Assembly (NCBI GenBank): GCA_012518455.1
Contig: JAAYSA010000050.1
Location: forward strand, 1-61,173
Direction: 5' to 3'
DNA length: 61,173 nt
Source: Erysipelotrichaceae bacterium
GTDB lineage: Bacteria; Bacillota_I; Bacilli_A; RFN20; CAG-826
Shown: in pieces, positions 9,473-17,490 of the stretch
Numbering within the stretch: the stretch's first letter is position 1
Layout of the letters: every line of letters begins with the position of its first letter
Notes under the pieces: generated by a model
What the model saw: the letters and a program-made list of their open reading frames with translations, nothing else
What the model was told of the DNA's origin: nothing
Databases searched by the model: none
Made by a program: the position numbers and the translations under genes

Positions 9473-10360
9473 ATGAATATAAGTGATGCTATAAACAAAT
9501 ATCAAGACTATTTAACAATCGAACGTGGTCTTTCAAATGATACAATTCAAGCCTATATAAATGATTTAGTGATATTTAATAGTTATTTTGAACTAAACGA
9601 TACATTAGAATATAACGAATTCATTGTAAATGATTTCGTAGCATTACAATCTCAAGAAGGAAAGTCAGCATCTACAATTAATCGTCGTGTTAGTAGTGTT
9701 ATGAATTTCTTAAGGTTTTTAGAGCTAGAAGGCGAAGTTAAGGGCACTTTTACAAATGTGATAAAGCCAAAAATTCCCAAAAGACAACCGGTTTATCTTT
9801 CAATTGAGCAAGTTGAAGATTTACTTAATGCTCCTGATTTAACAACAGATGCAGGTATTAGAGATCGTGCAATGCTAGAGATTATGTATGCTAGTGGCCT
9901 GCGTGTCAGCGAACTTATGGTATTAAAATTTAGTAATCTATTAAAAAACGAAGCCTTTCCCTTATTAAAAATACGTGGTAAGGGTGGTAAAGAACGTATC
10001 ATTCCATACGGTGAATTCGCGGCTGAATACCTAAATAAATATCTACAAGAGGTAAGGGTTAAAAATCGTTTTGCAAGAAAAACAAATATTGTTTTTATAA
10101 ATGAGAAAGGTGAACCATTTACAAGACAATTTTTCTTTAAACGAATTAAGTTATACGCAAAAAAAGTTGGCATTGAAGAGAACATTTCACCGCATACCTT
10201 GCGACATTCTTTTGCTACTCACCTTTTAGACCAAGGGATGAGTATAAATACACTTCAAAAGCTATTAGGTCATGAAAACCTTTCAACGACACAAATATAT
10301 ACCCATGTTTCTCGTCAAAGGGTAAAAAGTGCCTATAAGTTGGCAATAGGTGAGGACTAA
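9473..10360 (+). CDS. xerD: Tyrosine site-specific recombinase XerD
   Basis: R..HxxR..Y catalytic set (GLRVSEL, HTLRHSFATHLL, GHENLSTTQIYTHV); followed by deoB as ripX-drm in B. subtilis. Confidence 0.8.
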   Translation: MNISDAINKYQDYLTIERGLSNDTIQAYINDLVIFNSYFELNDTLEYNEFIVNDFVALQSQEGKSASTINRRVSSVMNFLRFLELEGEVKGTFTNVIKPKIPKRQPVYLSIEQVEDLLNAPDLTTDAGIRDRAMLEIMYASGLRVSELMVLKFSNLLKNEAFPLLKIRGKGGKERIIPYGEFAAEYLNKYLQEVRVKNRFARKTNIVFINEKGEPFTRQFFFKRIKLYAKKVGIEENISPHTLRHSFATHLLDQGMSINTLQKLLGHENLSTTQIYTHVSRQRVKSAYKLAIGED

Positions 10361-10386
10361 TATATAATATTAGGGAGGAAAAAAGT

Positions 10387-11589
10387 ATGAAAAAGTTTAA
10401 AAGAATAGTTATTGTCGTTATCGATAGCGTTGGTGTTGGATCAATGCCAGATGCTGCTAAATATAACGATGATGGAGCAAATACATTAGCTAATACTGCT
10501 AAAGCAGTTGGTGGGCTTAATTTACCTACACTTCAATCACTTGGTATTGGTAATTTAACTAATGTTAAAGGTGTTCCACCTACAAGCAAACATCCCGCAA
10601 GTTATGCGGCTAAATTACTTGAAGCTAGTAATGGAAAAGACACGATGACAGGCCACTGGGAAATGATGGGGATTTTAACAACTTCACCGTTTATTACCTT
10701 TACCGAAACTGGCTTTCCACAAGAACTTATCGATGAATTAGAAGAAAAAACTGGTTATAAGGTTATTGGAAACAAAGCTACTAGTGGTACAGAAATTCTT
10801 AAAGAACTTGGTGAAGAACAAATGCGTGATAATAGCATAATCGTTTATACATCAGCTGACTCTGTTCTTCAAATTGCTGCTCATGAAAAAGTTACTGGTC
10901 TTCAAGAGTTATATCGTGTTTGTGAAATCGCTCGAGAAATATGTATGAAACCAGAATATTTAGTTGGTAGAATCATTGCAAGACCCTATATTGGAACATC
11001 AAAGGATAATTTTGCTAGAACACCAAACCGACACGATTTAGCACTAAGTCCACCTAAAGATACTGCAATGAATTTATTAGAAAAGAGTGGATTTACCGTT
11101 AGTTGTATTGGAAAAATTGCCGACATTTTTAACAACAGTGGCGTAACAAAGACAGTAAAATCAAAATCTAACATCGAAGGAATGAATAAAACCATTAATG
11201 AGTTAAAAGAAGCAACCTATGAAGGTATTATTTTTACAAACTTAGTTGAATTTGATAGCGAATACGGCCATCGACGTGATCCAAAAGGATATGCTAATGC
11301 TCTAGAAACCTTTGATAAACAACTAAAAGATCTTATTGAAGTTAGTAGTAAAGATGATTTAATTATCGTTACTGCTGATCATGGAAACGATCCTACTTGG
11401 CACGGAACTGACCATACGCGAGAAATGGTACCTTTTATAGCTTATAGTAAACGTTTTAAAAATGGCACTACATTAGAAAACCGTACAGCGTTTGCAGATA
11501 TTGGTGCAACTATTTTAGCTAACTTTAGTATTAAGATGGCTCCACATATGATTGGTACACCAGTTTTAGAAATATTAGAGGATAAATAA
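10387..11589 (+). CDS. deoB: Phosphopentomutase
   Basis: VIDSVGVG, GKDTMTGHWEMMG, EFDSEYGHRRD, TADHGNDPT motifs. Confidence 0.93.
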   Translation: MKKFKRIVIVVIDSVGVGSMPDAAKYNDDGANTLANTAKAVGGLNLPTLQSLGIGNLTNVKGVPPTSKHPASYAAKLLEASNGKDTMTGHWEMMGILTTSPFITFTETGFPQELIDELEEKTGYKVIGNKATSGTEILKELGEEQMRDNSIIVYTSADSVLQIAAHEKVTGLQELYRVCEIAREICMKPEYLVGRIIARPYIGTSKDNFARTPNRHDLALSPPKDTAMNLLEKSGFTVSCIGKIADIFNNSGVTKTVKSKSNIEGMNKTINELKEATYEGIIFTNLVEFDSEYGHRRDPKGYANALETFDKQLKDLIEVSSKDDLIIVTADHGNDPTWHGTDHTREMVPFIAYSKRFKNGTTLENRTAFADIGATILANFSIKMAPHMIGTPVLEILEDK

Positions 11590-12548
11590 TGCGAAAAATT
11601 CGCTTTTTAATACCTCTATTTACCCTATTAGTCAGTTGTAGTACAAATAGAGCACCAATTAATAGTTCATTTAAACCGCATTTACTCTCTCCTGTAGGTG
11701 CACCATCAATAACCTTATACAGTCATGCAAATGATCAAAATTTTGTAACTAATAGTAATATTTCTATCATAGAAGCGCAATTTTTAACAAACGAATACGA
11801 TATAATAATAATCGATCATACGAGGGGAATTAATCAAATTATCACAAATAGTGCTCCTTTTAGGCTTGCTAGAATAATCACAAAAGGAAATTTACATCTA
11901 GTAGGTATTAATAAGGAAATGGATTCATATCCAACTACTTTAGATAAAGTCGTAACATTTGGTAGCCCAAACGCGATTACAAATAAGGTCTTAACTAAAA
12001 CATTTCCTGATATTACGACATTATATTACGTTAACAGCGTTACTGAAGCAGGTTCGGTTTTAAAAACAGGACTATATAATCAAGAAGAAATTGATTATGT
12101 ATTAATGGCCCAACCATTATTGTTTGCTACATTAAATACAACCGATGAATATCCTACAAAAGGCAAATTAAATCGTATAATTGATTTACAGGAGGAATGG
12201 CATAATTTGTCGAACTTAAACGGTTTTCCTCAAGCAGGAATTTTCGTCTGTAATAAAACTTATGACACACATAAAGAAGAACTCGATGTTTTTTTCACCC
12301 TTTATGATCAAAATATTGATAATTTAATAAATGATCCAAATCTAGCCATTAGTGCACTTAATGAATTCGGCGACCTTAATGCTCAAAAGGCTCGTTTTGG
12401 TATTACAGCCCTAATTTTAAAAGCAATGCAATTAGACAATGATAATTTACTTGGTTTAACGATTGGTGAAGTTGATATTGATGCTTTTAATGTTTATATG
12501 GGCGAAACTCCATATCCTAGTAGCATTTATGCATCTTTTTATAAGTAG
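11589..12548 (+). CDS. Lipoprotein, putative ABC transporter substrate-binding protein
   Basis: Signal peptide plus lipobox LLVSC-S; start overlaps deoB stop (TAATG); immediately upstream of a permease. Confidence 0.6.
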   Translation: MRKIRFLIPLFTLLVSCSTNRAPINSSFKPHLLSPVGAPSITLYSHANDQNFVTNSNISIIEAQFLTNEYDIIIIDHTRGINQIITNSAPFRLARIITKGNLHLVGINKEMDSYPTTLDKVVTFGSPNAITNKVLTKTFPDITTLYYVNSVTEAGSVLKTGLYNQEEIDYVLMAQPLLFATLNTTDEYPTKGKLNRIIDLQEEWHNLSNLNGFPQAGIFVCNKTYDTHKEELDVFFTLYDQNIDNLINDPNLAISALNEFGDLNAQKARFGITALILKAMQLDNDNLLGLTIGEVDIDAFNVYMGETPYPSSIYASFYK

Positions 12549-12551
12549 ACG

Positions 12552-13319
12552 ATGAAGAAAATTAAAGTATTTTGGGAAAACAACAACAAACTTATTATGA
12601 CTATAGTAGGCATAATATTTATTTTCTTTTTATGGTTTATTATATCTTTAATAGCTAATAGTCCAATTATTCCACATCCAATCGATACTTTTAGAACTTT
12701 ATTTATTCTTTTAGGGCAAAAAGATACATATTTTCATATTGGTTCGACGCTTCTAAGACTATTTATCGGCCTATTAATCTCATTATTACTTGGACTAATA
12801 TTTGGCATTTTAAGTGGTGTTTCTAGTCATGTACGTGCTTTTTTAAAGCCGTTAGTTGTAACGCTTCGAACAATACCAACTGCAAGTATAATCTTAATTC
12901 TAATATCGATTACAAAGTTCCAATATGCTCCAATATATGTAACAATATTATTGATTTTTCCTCTTATTTATGAGGCAGTCGTTTCTGGCCTTACAAATAT
13001 AGATCAAACAATATGTGACGCTCTTAAAGTAGACGGTGACAATGAATTTAAGTCATTATTTAAGGTTAAAATACCCTTAGCATCGCCAATGATTAAGCTA
13101 GGCTTTGTACAAAGTTTAGGCCTTGGTATGAAGGTTATGATTATGTCAGAAATCATATCGGGTAATAGATCTATTTATGGTTTAGGATTTGCCTTACGTT
13201 TAGCCCAGGAAGATATTTTATATAAAGAAATGTTTGCATATACACTAATAGCGATTTTCCTCGTTGGTATGATTGATATTGCAATATATTTGACTAAGAA
13301 ATTTTTCAAAAAAACATAA
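12552..13319 (+). CDS. ABC transporter permease (binding-protein-dependent, TauC/SsuC-like)
   Basis: 6 TM segments, EAA-type loop ALKVDGDNEFKSLFKVKIPLASP. Confidence 0.75.
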   Translation: MKKIKVFWENNNKLIMTIVGIIFIFFLWFIISLIANSPIIPHPIDTFRTLFILLGQKDTYFHIGSTLLRLFIGLLISLLLGLIFGILSGVSSHVRAFLKPLVVTLRTIPTASIILILISITKFQYAPIYVTILLIFPLIYEAVVSGLTNIDQTICDALKVDGDNEFKSLFKVKIPLASPMIKLGFVQSLGLGMKVMIMSEIISGNRSIYGLGFALRLAQEDILYKEMFAYTLIAIFLVGMIDIAIYLTKKFFKKT

Positions 13320-13380
13320 TATGATACGATTTCTCAAATAACCTTCAATTTATTGATTATAAGGAGGTTGAGAGAAAATT

Positions 13381-13968
13381 ATGAACTATTATAATAACGA
13401 TCATAAACGGCGCGATATTAAGCGTCGTTTTGCTAAAATTAGGCAAGAAAGCAATGAAAAACCAAAAGAATTACTATCTAGTGATACCCTTGAAGCAATC
13501 AATGATTGGCTCGCTAACTGTATTCGCTATGAACGTTTTTTACTTAGTAATGAGCTTCAGTATGATTTAAGACAAGGTGATGTCTTTGAAATCGACTATG
13601 GCGGAAGCGTTGGTGCTGAACTAAAAGGACGACACTATGGAGTAATTCTTCATAATTCCAATGAGAAAACACAAACGGCATTAGTTTGTCCATTAGTAAG
13701 TATTCGCGATACGGATATTAAAGATAGTAGTTGGAGAATTAATATTGGTAATCTACAGTGGCGATTTAGTAACTATGAGAGCATTGCTTTAATTAGTCAA
13801 ATAAGAGCTATTGATAAAGTTCGCATTTACGCAAAAGCATTAATAAGTCTAGAAAACATTCCAGAAGACCAACGACCAAATCGTGTTCCAGTAGCAATTT
13901 TAACTGAAAAGCAAATGGAAATAATAATCGAAAGTTATTTTAAATTACTGCGAAACAAACTATATTAA
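13381..13968 (+). CDS. MazF/PemK-family endoribonuclease-like protein with about 65-aa basic N-terminal extension
   Basis: SD aaggagg; GDVFEIDYGGSVGAELKGRHYGVIL and SIALISQIRAIDKVRI align with B. subtilis EndoA [25 protein letters not shown] / SVILLEQIRTIDKQRL. Confidence 0.7.
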   Translation: MNYYNNDHKRRDIKRRFAKIRQESNEKPKELLSSDTLEAINDWLANCIRYERFLLSNELQYDLRQGDVFEIDYGGSVGAELKGRHYGVILHNSNEKTQTALVCPLVSIRDTDIKDSSWRINIGNLQWRFSNYESIALISQIRAIDKVRIYAKALISLENIPEDQRPNRVPVAILTEKQMEIIIESYFKLLRNKLY

Positions 13969-13988
13969 TTAAACGAAGAACAACGAAA

Positions 13989-14043
13989 AGTAGATAATTA
14001 GTAGTTTATAAGTAATTCATAAGTTGTGGAAAACTGTGGATAA
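13989..14043 (+). repeat. 11-bp phased repeat array (5 units) after the MazF-like gene
   Basis: AGTAGATAATT AGTAGTTTATA AGTAATTCATA AGTTGTGGAAA ACTGTGGATAA; 18-nt core ATTAGTAGTTTATAAGTA identical to 6295-6312. Confidence 0.8.
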
Positions 14044-14138
14044 ACCCACTTTTCTGGCATTTGAAAACAGTTACTTAGATTGTTAGTTAATATGATTTTT
14101 AAACAAAAACGAACATAACATCGCAAAATACTACTATT

Positions 14139-14166
14139 CGTTAACATAATATGTATTATTACAACT
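14139..14166 (-). other. Candidate dif (Xer recombination) site
   Basis: Minus-strand reading AGTTGTAATAA-TACATA-TTATGTTAACG; right arm 9/11 to E. coli TTATGTTAAAT and to B. subtilis TTATGTAAACT; lies in the convergent gap. Confidence 0.45.
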
Positions 14167-14294
14167 AACTATATATTCGGAAAATTAGTTATTCTCACCA
14201 AAAAATTCTAATTAGAAAGAAATAACCTCCTTATAATAGAGAATAAAGTAATTTCCTTCTATCGGCATTGATAACTACATTCGTTTTTTTAGAT

Positions 14295-14330
14295 AAAGAA
14301 AAAAACTTCGCCGAGTGCAAAGTTTCTTCA
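14295..14330 (-). terminator. Terminator after nadD/yqeK
   Basis: Minus strand gaagaaacuu-(11 nt loop)-aaguuuuuuuc, T-rich 3' side. Confidence 0.5.
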
Positions 14331-14351
14331 AATTGTTAAACGGAATATTCG

Positions 14352-15434
14352 TTAGTCTAAATATTGTTCCATACACGCCTTGGTAAGTTCGTTGTTGATA
14401 TCTAGTTTTTTACTAAGCAAAAATTCTTTGTTAGCTTGTAAGACAATTATGAAACCTGACTCATAATCTTTTAAGCACGCCTCTATTAAATCACGCGAAT
14501 CAAAACCTCTTGTTGGTTCAATTTTATCCGCTGAATATAAAATCATTGCTAAAGGTGACATATCAGTTGTTCCAGTAGCATGAAACTTAATAGCAGTTAA
14601 TAAGTCCTTATCGGTAATATTAAATGTGGTCTTTGCTATATACTCGCCTAGGAATTGATGATGAATCCAGCGATATAAATGAACATATTCAGGATAATAC
14701 TTATTCATAATCGCAGTTTGGCGATTAGGTGCTACTTCTTTGCCAATATCATGAAGAAGGCCTGCTACAAAAGCCTTTGTTGGATCTAAATTGTTTGAAA
14801 CAGCGATTTTACGAGCTAATTTCGCCACTTCAAAAGAATGCGAAATTCGCTTCTCTCCGATGAATTTAGAAACATCTTTCATAAAATATAGTCTATTTTT
14901 TACTATATAATCAACGACTTCTTCTTTAGTATCTAAGGATGCCAAGGATCTAATTGCACTTGAAGAAACATCAAAGGCCTCACCTTTAATTTCACGCATT
15001 CTAAAGCGCTTTTTATTATCCACACCAAGTGGGTAATCTTCCCGAAGATAAACAGCAATTTGAGCTAAAGCGGCAATTTCATCAGGTTTATACCATTTAT
15101 CGAACTGATTAGCCTGATCGCTACCTATTAAAAGAAAAAATTCATCTTTAGGATGCTTACTTTTTAATATTTCTAATGTATCAAAAGTGTAGTTTGTTTT
15201 TGACTTCTTCTTTAATTCTACAGTTGAAACATGGGCCCAAGGGATATCGTGAAGGGCTTTTTTCATCATATTAAGACGATGTTCTTCGCTTGCGTTCATT
15301 TTTTTCCATCTTGAAGATGGTGCTATAACGAATTCAACTATATCGGCATTTAGTTCTTCTTTGGCTCTTTTTGCCATTAGAAAATGACCACGATGAATCG
15401 GGTCAAAGGAGCCACCGAAGATTATTCGTTTCAT
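14352..15434 (-). CDS. nadD: Fusion: nicotinate-nucleotide adenylyltransferase NadD + HD-domain hydrolase YqeK
   Basis: N-terminal GGSFDPIHRGH; C-terminal HSFEVAKLA...GLLHDIGKE HD domain. Confidence 0.88.
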   Translation of the reverse strand: MKRIIFGGSFDPIHRGHFLMAKRAKEELNADIVEFVIAPSSRWKKMNASEEHRLNMMKKALHDIPWAHVSTVELKKKSKTNYTFDTLEILKSKHPKDEFFLLIGSDQANQFDKWYKPDEIAALAQIAVYLREDYPLGVDNKKRFRMREIKGEAFDVSSSAIRSLASLDTKEEVVDYIVKNRLYFMKDVSKFIGEKRISHSFEVAKLARKIAVSNNLDPTKAFVAGLLHDIGKEVAPNRQTAIMNKYYPEYVHLYRWIHHQFLGEYIAKTTFNITDKDLLTAIKFHATGTTDMSPLAMILYSADKIEPTRGFDSRDLIEACLKDYESGFIIVLQANKEFLLSKKLDINNELTKACMEQYLD

Positions 15435-15724
15435 TTTGGTAATTTATACCTCGGATTTAAAAGATTTTGACGAAATAGAGTGATTACATGCCCTCTTTTT
15501 TCAACTAGTTCACAGTTTAAAACGAGCGTTAAATGTTCAATGATTTTTGGAATTTCATCAACTGCACTTTTTTGAATTGTAATTTTAATTAACTCACGTG
15601 CTCGTAACCCATTATCAATTAATTCAATTTGATTAGGACCAATAAGGTTTTTACCAATTTGATAATGAGAATCAAATTTTTGGGCTTCTTTACGTAAAAA
15701 CTTTACTTGTTCTTTTGTTAACAT
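15431..15724 (-). CDS. yhbY: RNA-binding CRM-domain protein YhbY/YqeI
   Basis: 97 aa, LTKEQVKFLRKEAQK...QIGKN...ELIKI pattern; position between yqeH and nadD. Confidence 0.8.
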   Translation of the reverse strand: MLTKEQVKFLRKEAQKFDSHYQIGKNLIGPNQIELIDNGLRARELIKITIQKSAVDEIPKIIEHLTLVLNCELVEKRGHVITLFRQNLLNPRYKLPK

Positions 15725-15732
15725 AGAATCCT

Positions 15733-16860
15733 CTAAATTTTACTCTTGTTATGAGCAATTGAGACCCCTTGAGGGGCATATACACGAATCTTTTGGTTGT
15801 TTTCCTTAAAAGAAACCCAACCTAAACCGGTCCATGAGATGTCACATTTTTGACCCTCACCAACGGTAATGTCAAAAGCATCTAAATCAGCAATTGATTT
15901 AATTTTTTCCGAAATTGGTCGGATCTTTTTAAATTTAATTAAATTTGCAAATGTTTGATTTGCCCAACGTAGTTGAGTTCTTAATACCTTAACATCGTTA
16001 GAAACATATAAAGTAAACGAAGTTCTAGACCCACTTAAAAAATCAATCCTAGCAATACCACCAATTAATAGGCTTTGTTGAGGTAATAATTGATAAACAC
16101 GTGGTTTTACTTCGGTTCGTGGAACAATATCACGAATTACTTCGCGTTCCATAAGGCCTAACATGCTATTGCTAATTGCTAAGCCAGGCGTATCAAAAAT
16201 CGAGATTTTCTCATCAAGAGGGATTTCAATTACTTTTAACGTCGTATTTGGATAAATGCTTGTAGTAATATAATGAGATGTTTCATTTTTATAAACCTTT
16301 AAAAAGGCGTTAATAAGTGAACTTTTACCGCTACTAACTGAACCAATAACATAAATATTACGCTTAAATCCATAGTCTTGTAAACGAGGTAAAATTTCTT
16401 TTAAGTTAAAGTTTTTTGTCGCACTTGTAACAAATATTTCACGAACTTTTAAAGAAGCCGCTTCTGCTCTTTCTTTTAAAAATTCAATAAGTTTCTCATC
16501 TTTTACTGATTTTGGTAATAAGTCACGCTTAGTTCCAAAAAGAATAACATCTGACTTTTGAAGAGCTTTATTAATTTCACGATTAAAGCTGGCTTCAAAA
16601 TTAAAAAGATCAACAACATAAACAAAAAGAGCATTACTTGCTTGAGCTTGCTCAAGTAATTTAAAGAAATCTTCACTAATTACTGGTTCTAAAGGAGTGT
16701 CTTCACTATAATTTCGAAGTTTAAAACAACGTTGACATAAAAGGACATCGCGTTCATTGAAAAGATTCTCAGGAACATAACCTTCTAATTTTTCGTCAAC
16801 AGTTTGTAAAGCTGCTCCGCATCCATAGCAACGTTTAGCTTTTTTTACATTTTCATTCAT
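15733..16860 (-). CDS. yqeH: Ribosome biogenesis GTPase YqeH
   Basis: N-terminal zinc finger CYGCG...CQRCF, circularly permuted G motifs (TKRDLL ... GSVSSGKSSLIN ... DTPG). Confidence 0.88.
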   Translation of the reverse strand: MNENVKKAKRCYGCGAALQTVDEKLEGYVPENLFNERDVLLCQRCFKLRNYSEDTPLEPVISEDFFKLLEQAQASNALFVYVVDLFNFEASFNREINKALQKSDVILFGTKRDLLPKSVKDEKLIEFLKERAEAASLKVREIFVTSATKNFNLKEILPRLQDYGFKRNIYVIGSVSSGKSSLINAFLKVYKNETSHYITTSIYPNTTLKVIEIPLDEKISIFDTPGLAISNSMLGLMEREVIRDIVPRTEVKPRVYQLLPQQSLLIGGIARIDFLSGSRTSFTLYVSNDVKVLRTQLRWANQTFANLIKFKKIRPISEKIKSIADLDAFDITVGEGQKCDISWTGLGWVSFKENNQKIRVYAPQGVSIAHNKSKI

Positions 16861-17377
16861 AATCTTCCCTCCAATTACGTAATTTATGTTGTTTTGCTAA
16901 CTTTTTTCTTATTGGTCGATCAAACAGACGATTAAAGTGAGTTGTCCATTGATCTTCTTTAACAATTTTCTCAGTTAGAATCGAGCGAATTCCAACCCTC
17001 TTACTTGCTCTAACATCAGTAATAAGTTGATCACCGATTAAAATTGTTTCTTCTTTTTTTAGCCCATACTTTTCAAATAATTTATTGAATTTAAAGGCAA
17101 ATGGTTTTCTAGCTGAATAAAGAAAGTTAACTTCTAATTCATTAGCATAGCCTTCAACACGTCTTTTTTTATTGTTAGTAACAATAATTACATTGTAACC
17201 GGCTTTTTTTAAGTTTTCGATTAAGTTAATCGCTCGCTCACTTGGAGAAAGTGAACGATAAGAATCTAGAGTGTTATCAAGATCAATAATAATGTTCTTA
17301 ACGCCAATTTTTTTATAAAAAGCGGCCGGAATTTCATATACTGATTGAGCATGATAAGTTGGGGTATATCTTGACAT
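16853..17377 (-). CDS. yqeG: HAD-family phosphatase YqeG
   Basis: IIDLDNTL, VTNN, GDQLITDV HAD motifs; heads the yqeG-yqeH cluster. Confidence 0.85.
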   Translation of the reverse strand: MSRYTPTYHAQSVYEIPAAFYKKIGVKNIIIDLDNTLDSYRSLSPSERAINLIENLKKAGYNVIIVTNNKKRRVEGYANELEVNFLYSARKPFAFKFNKLFEKYGLKKEETILIGDQLITDVRASKRVGIRSILTEKIVKEDQWTTHFNRLFDRPIRKKLAKQHKLRNWREDYE

Positions 17378-17426
17378 ATTAATTCCTCATTACTATTTTA
17401 TAATATATGAAGACAAAATTAAACTT

Positions 17427-17445
17427 AAAGAACTTTTTGTTCTTT
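17427..17445 (-). terminator. Hairpin after parC
   Basis: aaagaac-ttttt-gttcttt perfect 7-bp stem. Confidence 0.45.
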
Positions 17446-17490
17446 AAAATAATACATGATATGTAATATTAAATATATTATATTTTACTT

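Noticed and set aside
9793-10185. 130-aa antisense ORF inside xerD
   Set aside because: It is embedded in a conserved recombinase frame and has no initiation signals.
9473-10360. Tyrosine recombinase as a marker of an integrated mobile element
   Set aside because: It is a Xer-type sequence in conserved xerD-deoB synteny. There are no phage or IS genes and no attachment-site-like repeats nearby.
14022-14043. Two DnaA-box-like 9-mers (TGTGGAAAA, TGTGGATAA) as a replication origin
   Set aside because: The flanking genes converge instead of diverging. No dnaA or dnaN gene is nearby, there are only two boxes and there is no obvious AT-rich unwinding repeat cluster. One perfect 9-mer is expected by chance at about 0.5 per window of this size. 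I kept it only as a note within the repeat-array finding.
13356-14237. 14-bp perfect inverted repeat (ATTATAAGGAGGTT at 13356-13369, its complement at 14224-14237) bracketing the MazF-like gene, as possible mobile-element ends
   Set aside because: Half of the match is a generic SD (AAGGAGG) in AT-rich context. There is no transposase or integrase inside, no target-site duplication is visible, and the minus-strand copy is followed only by stop-rich sequence.
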